From Guillardia theta CCMP2712 (taxonomy: Eukaryota > Protista > Cryptophyta), in contig NW_005434533.1 in NCBI RefSeq assembly GCF_000315625.1, positions 93,821 through 157,820 on the forward strand: a DNA stretch of 64,000 nucleotides. Direction: 5' to 3'. Under the pieces are notes generated by a model. That model did not search any database, was not told the origin of the DNA, and saw only the letters and a program-made list of their open reading frames with translations. Shown piece after piece: positions 56,357-64,000 of this stretch (its first letter is position 1; the number at the start of each line of letters is the position of its first letter). The translations under genes and the position numbers were made by a program.

Positions 56357-59300
56357 GCTGCGGACCAGAAGCTCGTCGGAGGATGCGAGGCGGCGCAGCA
56401 GGGAGGATGATCCGAGGTAGGCAGACTCACTTCATCCTCGTCGATGTTCAGGAGCTCTGAAGGCCGGCGCTGGCTCTCCGGGTGAGCTCGCCCTCCTTGC
56501 CTTTCACTGATCCCTCTTGTGATTGTGCGTGCCTGGTGTAGGAGGACGTGGCGACCTGCAGCTCCTCTTTCGCCTCGTTGGGCTTCCCCTTGCCCTTCCC
56601 TGCTGCGTGCGTCTTGCCCTGCTTGACCCTCGTCTTCTTCTTACCGTACATCTTGGTGTAGGTTCGTTGCATCCCTATGGTCCTGAGCCCTCCTGACTGG
56701 TGAAAGCGATCTCCGTCCACCAGAACCAGCTCGGAGTCCCACTCGGAGCCCTCGCTCCATGGCGACGGGGGCGACTTTGGGCTGAACTTGGGGATGCGGT
56801 GGGCATGCAAGCTTCTGCCTGCAGCGGAGAGCTGAAGTTGCGCCAGGTGGAGGAAGGTGAGAGGAGCGGCTCCGAAGCAACCGTCGTTGGGCATGTCGAC
56901 GTTGTAAGATCCCGGGCCTGAGGAAGCGCGTGAGGAGGAGACAAAAGTGGGGAAGGAGAGGAAGAGGTTGGGGGAAGAAAGAGGAGGAGGTGGCAGGGAA
57001 GGAGGGGAGAGGAAGATCACCAGGGGATTTCCTTTCCATGCGATCAGAGGAGATGATCAAGGATTGGGAGCGGCTGTTGCGGGCTGGAGTGATGATGCGG
57101 AGCTTGGGGACATCGGTGGGGCTGAGCTTGCACGGGGAGAGGAGGGGCTCTAGAGAAAGCCCGATGCTCTCCTTGCTGCCAGGACGGAGCGCAGATGTTT
57201 CGATGCCCTGCAGCTGGGAGAAGGGGCGAAGGGTCTGGGCCATGGAATGAAGAGGAGGAGGAGGGCGAAGCGCGAGAGCACGCTTGTCGGGGCTGAGAAT
57301 GTCGTAGCTCCCCGGGCCAGGGATGCGACGGGAAGCGCGCATGAGCCTGTCGAGGTAGGAGGGAATCTCAGCCTGCCCGAAGCTCGCCTTGGGCTGCGAG
57401 TTGTGCGCGATCGAGTCGCCCGGCTGCGGAGATTGTCAGTTACATTGAGTAGCTTCCTCTCCCCTCACCCGTAGTGAGCCAAACTTCTTCCCCCAGGCTC
57501 CTGGCCCGGGCGTTGGCTCCTCCTTTTTCCCTTGCTCAACGAAGTCCTTGGATCCAGGGATGTGGTGGGACCAGGCGTACCCGAGCCAGCTGTAAGGGGC
57601 ATCAGCGAGGAAGAGGAAGCAAGCGACGCAGCGAGCGAGCGGGAGCAGGAGGGGGTGCGAGGGAGCAGAAACAGGATGTAGGTCAGGGAAGAGGAGCAGG
57701 AGGGAGGACGTGGAAGGAGGAGCAGGAGGGTTCAAGGCATCCTCACCCTCCTGGCAGCTTGGCAGCTGAGCTCTGTTCGACCCCGAGGTACTCGCCGGGG
57801 CCTGGCGTATCCTCCAGCTCGGGAGGTTGAGGAGCGGAGCCGAAGGCGACAGCACCGTTGGTCTTGATGCTCAGGTAAGCTGGACGGTGGCAGAGGAAGG
57901 AACTGACCTTGAGGGTGGAGGGCAGCTGATACTGAGCTGGGCCGGGGAGCTGGAAGAGATCTTTGTTGGGGATGGCGAATCTCTTGGAGGACCCGAAGGA
58001 GGCAGCTGGGCCCGAGCTCGGGTGCTCCTGGATGGAGCCGACACCATGGTGGTCAACCAACATCTTGACCTGCACCAGCTTTGAGCTGAGGGGAGGAGAA
58101 GGGAGAGAAAAGAAGAAGAGAAGGACAAGAAGGGAAGAGAAGAGACGGGAAAGGGAGGAGATGACTGGAATGGAGGAGATGAGATGGGATAAGAGGATTA
58201 CTTTTCTCTCATACACAGGGATGTTGGATTTTGTAAACTTGTCCTTCACAGTCGTGCTGTATGCTCCCGGCCCCGGCGTCTCGCCGACCTGACGCAATTT
58301 GACGTCGTCCCACTCAGGCACTAGGGCCGAGTAGTGACGTCCGCCAAAGGAAGGACCGCCCGGCTGACTGCTCGGCTTGCTCCTCCGCACCTCTTCAGCT
58401 GGAAGTGCGTGAGAGGAGGAGAGAGTCGAGCTAAGGGCTTCCAGCAGCTCGTCAGTCAAGCTGGGACGTCGGGGAGGGTCTCCGAACTTGGGACCCTTGT
58501 TGTGCAGGGTGGAAGGAAGGAGGTAGTAGCTCCCTTGCGGCTGCGAGGGGGGGGTGAAGAGGGAAACCCCTGAGAGTCTCCCGATGAAGCCCCCCTTAAT
58601 GCTGGGGCGTGTGGCGGCGTCGTTGTCGTGGACGAATCTGAGTGATGGGTTCGTTCAAGCGTGCAGGTAGGAGGAGGAGAGAGGAAGAAGGAGGAAGAAG
58701 AATGGGTTAGGGAGGAAAGGAGTTGAGAGCAAAGCGAAGAAACAGAAAGAGGTGAAGGTGTGGATGAGGGCTTGTGCCGCGAGAACAGAGAGGGAAAGGA
58801 GGGGAGGGGACGAGTAGGAAGAGGAGTGTAGGGGGGAGTGTGGGGGGGAGTAGGAAGTGGAGAGGGAGGGGACGAGAATGACAACGTACTTTGAGAAATC
58901 ATCGAAGCTCTGTGTGCTCTTCACTTCCTCCCGAGCTGTCTGCACCTGGGTACTTATAGGTGAGACGAGCATGGCCTCTCCTCCCTCCTCACATCTCTTT
59001 GCGCCTCCTGCGCTGCCCTCCGGACCTCTGTCAGACGGGAGATTCTCAGTCGTTCTTCTTCGAGCTGGCTGAGCATGAGATCCGTCTGTACAGCAGTCAA
59101 CGTCGTGCCAACAATCGCGATAGGGTTGTCATACCTCCTTGTAGTCTGACATGTTGGTCACTGATACACATCGCCTCTGAGCTGCACAACGGTCAGTCCT
59201 GGTTCAAGGCAACCAGCGCCCTCCATGCCTTGGATCTCGCCCTTGGATACACCCTTGTCCACGGGGTTTGCCGGTGAATGGCTGCTGCCCACTGCTGTTA

Positions 59301-59979
59301 GCTGTTCTCCTTTTAGCTTCGAGAGAGATTCTGCAAGGTAGTTGAGATTCCAAAATTTTCTGTTCTCAGCTGGTGGGTTCAGAACGAGCTCCTGCTTCGT
59401 GACTCTTTTTTTGCAAGGATCTTCCTCCTCCTCCTCCTCCTGCTGCTGCTGATCCATCTCGTCCCCTTGATACCTAACACGCGATTGATCATTCATGGAC
59501 AGGCTAGAGCTTGATCTCTTCTTCCCCCTGGTTCCCTCGTTGCTGTGCTTCGTTCGCTTCGCCTGCAGATGAGAATTCTTTCCTTGTCGCTCGACGAGGA
59601 AATGAACTGAGTCCCCTGCCTTCCCGGCGGCAAGGAACAGGTGTCCCGAATGAAACGAGCTCTCATCTTCGAACATGTGGATCAATCTGTCTCCGTGAGT
59701 GAGCCCATCGTACTCTCCAGGGTCGATGACGACGAGGTGATTGTTTACTCTCAGCCCCGTCTTCGCATCCCCGTGCTCGGGGCTGTCCCTCCTCTCCTCC
59801 TGGACGCTCTTGGACCGCTGAGGAACGTCGGGGGCAGCCAGATGCGATCGATCCGGTTTGGCTGACTTGGGACGATGGCCGAGGTGGTGGGAAGGAGCGT
59901 CGGAGGGCTGGGAGGACAAGGGATGTCGAGGCTGTAGGGAAATGTCCTTGCATGCCTTCTGCAGCTTCCACCTCAGCAT
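56282..59979 (-). CDS. SHIPPO/ODF3-like PGP-repeat (ciliary) protein; ends uncertain
   Basis: ETPGPGAY, LPGPAQY, DTPGPGEY, PTPGPGAW, IPGPGSYD, GPGSYNV repeats with intervening xSFG motifs. Confidence 0.75.
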
Positions 59980-60308
59980 CACTTGCCAACACTGCTGGAA
60001 GTCGACGTTCCGGTGCCGTGAGGTTGGAAGGGAGGAAGAAGCCCTGCCGCAGAGAGAGGAGGAGAGCTGGTTCAGTACATGCGGGGGGGGCAAGGGAGGG
60101 AGAGGAGGATGACAACGATGTCGATCATGAGCGTGAGAGGAGGAGACGCTCCTAGATCGAGCTGCTGCAGTGACGTTGCCCACACGGCATGACGGCTAGT
60201 CAACGGACGGGACTACCCCACCCTCTAGATTCAAAGCGTGCTGAAAGAGGGGTGGGGGATGAGTTGTGAATATTTTCTCTCTATTGGAGTCTCTCTAGAC
60301 TAGCGCAA

Positions 60309-60553
<245 letters not shown>

Positions 60554-60617
60554 GAGCGGCACTTGTACTTTCATGCTTCACGTGGACCAGATCGAAGCTG
60601 ACCTGCCCTCCTGACCT

Positions 60618-61415
60618 TCAGCACTCCTCCGAGCTGTCCCTTGCTTGCATGTAGTGTTGAATCCCTTCGGCGGTTGGCGGAGCAACCCACTGCGGACTTT
60701 CTATTGAGCAGCTCATGTCGGGAGACGAGCCTGTAGTTTGCTCGTTGCTGTTCAGACACAGCGCGGTGCTATCTCTGTCCCTTCCTCCGCCCTCATCACA
60801 CGATCCGCTCCTGTCTGTCACGTCGCTCGCTGGCCTTGGCGACTCACTCGACCCGTTCCTCCTCTTCACTTCCATTTCCTCCTCTCGCTTCCTCGGGCTC
60901 GATGCCCCACAAACATCTACTGGTACACCTGATGCCTGCCCCCCTTGTTCTTTCCCTAGCAGCAGCGACCCGCTGTCAGAGCTCTGCGAGTATGGAGGGT
61001 CCTTTCTCCTTATTCTTGGTTTCCTTGGCTTCGAATCCTTCGATCCTTTTGGTCGACCGGGACCTCGCGGGTGCCCACGGTCATACTCCAGCTTCTCCTC
61101 CATCGTCCACAGCTGTCGAGTTGTCTTCGCCCACGTCTTCCTGTCCCAGATGTCCCTCACGCACTTTGAGCTGACCGTGTACCTACTCCCAACCTCTGAG
61201 CTCTCTGCCGTCTTGCTCGCTGCTGCCACGTTGCGGCAGGAGTAGATCTCGAGGACCATCACGGGTGTCAGCAGAGCCTTGTCCTTTCTCTCGCTCTTGG
61301 GTTTCAAGACATTGCTGATTGAGGCCGTTTGCCTCAAAGACGCTGGAGAGGAGCTGATATCGTCGGAGCTGCTTGAGGGGGAGGGTTCAGTACCCTGCTG
61401 AGATGTGACGCTCAT
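60618..61415 (-). CDS. Putative DNA-binding protein: HTH-like domain + AT-hook
   Basis: ALLTPVMVLEIY...SEVGSRYTVSSKCVRDIWDRKTW followed by RGPGRPKGSKDSKPRKPR. Confidence 0.75.
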   Translation of the reverse strand: MSVTSQQGTEPSPSSSSDDISSSPASLRQTASISNVLKPKSERKDKALLTPVMVLEIYSCRNVAAASKTAESSEVGSRYTVSSKCVRDIWDRKTWAKTTRQLWTMEEKLEYDRGHPRGPGRPKGSKDSKPRKPRIRRKDPPYSQSSDSGSLLLGKEQGGQASGVPVDVCGASSPRKREEEMEVKRRNGSSESPRPASDVTDRSGSCDEGGGRDRDSTALCLNSNEQTTGSSPDMSCSIESPQWVAPPTAEGIQHYMQARDSSEEC

Positions 61416-62019
61416 CTTGTTTGCGCACTGCACGACACCAGCACCAAGTCAAGATGATCAGGATACTGCTTCGAACCTGATCGTCGAGTTATCAAGAGAT
61501 ACTCTTTGCACAGAACTCAATAGCAACGGATCGTACTTGTTATCAACTGGTGACAGCGGTTCTCTTTATGTTCTGCACGAATGCAATCATTAGATAAACC
61601 ATATTTATGCATGCATGCATGCATTCACTTCGCCGAACTTGGTTGGACCAAGAACAAAAGGAGGGTGCGTTGTAGACAAGAAAAAATGGAAGCAAAATGA
61701 CCTGCACTTTCAACCAAGGGACATTCCAAGAATTGAGCATCAGGATGAAATGAGATCAAGGAGCACTATCATACTCTCACTCTTGCTCTTCCTGATCGTG
61801 CTCTTCTTGCTCTTCCTCGTTTTATCTACACCTTCTCCTGCTCCTGCTCCTCCCCTTTTCCTCCTCCCCACTCCTCGGGTCTCTCAAGGGAGTTGTGGAG
61901 GCGTCGTGGAGGACTCCGGGAAGCAGTATTGTAGTTGCAAGACAAATAGCCCCTGGTACCCCTGCTTTCAAGGGCTAGTTCTATGGTGGTCAGCATCCGA
62001 AGAGATATTTTAGCTTCGA

Positions 62020-62250
62020 GGCGGCGCTGAGTGAGTCTGCTCAGCGGCTGTGGGACTCGGGCCGGGACCGTACTCGGGCCGGCCCGGTGGCGCCGGACCG
62101 GCGCTTCACATAGAAACTTCCCGGAAACTTGTGACGCCCGGGCGCCGGACCCGTCACGCCGGGATCTGCGCGGCCCCCAGCCGGGTCACCAGTGGTGGGC
62201 CAGCCCAGCCTGATCCGATCATCGCCGCCGAGTCGGCCGGAAGCCCGCCC
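62020..62250. other. GC-rich palindromic-word island
   Basis: gggccggccc, cccggg, gcccgggc, gtgacg/cgtcac, ccgatc, tcggccgg. Confidence 0.55.
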
Positions 62251-62324
62251 CAACTTCAAGTGATTTAAGGAGCATGCCACGCTGTAAGTTACATAAGAAG
62301 TGTACTAGCATGCTGACCTCCCCA

Positions 62325-63802
62325 CTAAGAACCTCTGCGAGTTACAGTCCATTTCCCATCCTGTTTCGGGCTGGCCCTCTCCGTATTCCTGGAGTCCTCT
62401 CGGGGTCTTCCACCGCCTCCTCCTCTGCCGCCCCCCCGTCTATTCCTGCATGGGCTCGTCAGGGTTTCTTCAAGACCGACTTGCTAACAACACTTCACCT
62501 GTTCGCTGCGAACTTATCTTCGCTGATGCTGACGGAAATCTCTCTGCCGTCCAGAGGCATACCGTTCAAGTTGCTCACTGCATCCTTGGCGCTCTGCAAA
62601 GAGCCTTGTCAACAACTTCAAGGTGCAGGAGTCAAGAGACAGACCTGTTCATTGTCGTAGTCAACGAACCCGAAGCCCTGCAGACGGCCCCGATCAGCAC
62701 AGGACAAACTAGCGATGCAACTCAGAGTACCCTCGGCCTCCCTGACTCCTGATCGTGAATTAACGACACTGAGACAACCTCGCCATGCTTCTCAAAGAGC
62801 GCTCTGCCCACAAACGGTCAAACCAAGAATCATCGCTTGAAGCAGCAAGCGGAGAAAAACGAGCAAAAGAGCAAGCACTTGGTGCAAACAGACATCTGAA
62901 TCCTCGCATGCATATCTTACTGGAGCTCGGCCTCGGAAATCCTGAAAGGCAAGTTTCCGACGAAAAGCGTGAAAGCTCCCTTGCGATCGTGCCTGAACTT
63001 CTTCTCACCTCCTTGAGAGTTGGCCTGATCTTGCTTCTGCCAGTTGGACACGGGGAACGCTCTGAAGGTTGACCCCGCCGGCGCCTCCGCAAGGCGCGCT
63101 GCTGATTGAAACCACTTGTTGTTGCATACACTGCATTGCACCTTCTGCCCATCCGACCCGAGGTCCGCCGGATTGATGACATAAACTGCACCACACTTCC
63201 CACATGTTGTGTATTTACAGTCAAAGGGAACTTTTCCACTTTGGCTCTCTACCCAAGTGAAGTCCACGGTGGCGAATTCGTCATACGGATCTTCGATGGA
63301 CTGCTCCGAGTCGTAGCTCACCGCCTTCATCTTTAGGAGCCCACTGTTCCTTTCTTGTCGCAAGGACTTCTGCATTGTCAAAAGGTTCAAACCCCGAGAG
63401 CCCCCCATCGCATTGATTGAGGTTGCAAACGTGCCACTGGGAATAGGCTGGCTACAAACCCTGCAAATCAATTTCAGAGATTTGAATCACAAGGAGAGAC
63501 AGTATCAGAATTGAAGCTGATAGTGGGCAATCACAACAAAAGTATATAGATGATAGAGAACAAGAAGAGAAGTGCACTTTGAGTTGAGATCCCTCCTTGC
63601 AAGCAGTGTGTAAACAAAACTTGAACGGCCGGAGGCCATACCTTGCAGTAGCCGACGAAATCCCCTTTGACAGAAGCACATTGCTCTGTCCTTGGAAGGC
63701 TGTCGCTTCATAGCCCATGAAAGTGAGGAGGAGGAGGGAAGGAACTGTACCTACTCTCCTTCCCCTGCTACCCCATCCGCCAGTTACCAGCTGCGCGTGC
63801 AT
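62325..63802 (-). CDS. Plastid-targeted MJ0042-type zinc-ribbon + RRM + RGG protein
   Basis: Signal ending ATA|F; CGKCGAVY...GQKVQCSVCNNKWFQ; LFVGNLPF (RNP2); RPR|GFGFVDY (RNP1); LNGMPLDGREISV; [11 protein letters not shown] tail. Confidence 0.82.
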
Positions 63803-64000
63803 GGCGGCCCCAGTCCTTAGGAGAGGCGGTGTGTAGGGGGGTATTACCCTACCCCCCGTTTACCCAGAGACTGGATCGAGAATCGGGGGGTATCATGTGC
63901 TTGTCTCGGGGGTCAATCCTTTACAACGTTTTATAAAAATGCCTTAGTATTTGCAAAACTATTTATAGGAAACTGATACAGTATTTTGAAATGTGTACCA

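Overview
Eukaryotic nuclear DNA that is gene-dense and intron-rich. Many introns are ~45-55 nt; longer ones are filled with purine/pyrimidine simple repeats. There are two assembly gaps. Several genes carry bipartite signal+transit presequences with Phe right after the signal cleavage site, which points to an alga with a secondary red plastid, most likely a cryptophyte such as Guillardia (inference). About 25 protein genes were reconstructed by eye, so exon boundaries are approximate. They include an S9 peptidase, a MORN protein, plastid ClpR, GST, an aquaporin, an S28 peptidase, a DUF4864-like protein, a PhoX-fold secreted protein, Hrq1 helicase, myosin, a DUF6687/DHH-like protein, PDI, a sarcosine-oxidase-like flavoprotein, SF3B5, a SHIPPO/PGP-repeat protein, an HTH+AT-hook factor, a zinc-ribbon+RRM protein and several hypotheticals. 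Four observations stand out. (i) An intronless, codon-biased secreted PhoX homologue has lost nearly all metal-ligand motifs and is a candidate pseudoenzyme. (ii) A ~700 bp foldback with a two-eared apex and a separate ~180 bp near-perfect hairpin both contain locally templated insertions. (iii) Eight GC-rich islands built from palindromic words occur only on the 5' side of genes, often next to GGGGTA/TACCCC tracts. (iv) Several domain architectures or motifs are unusual: a membrane-anchored PDI with KKxx, an NPA/SPA aquaporin, a plastid Zn-ribbon-RRM-RGG protein and a two-repeat-family protein.
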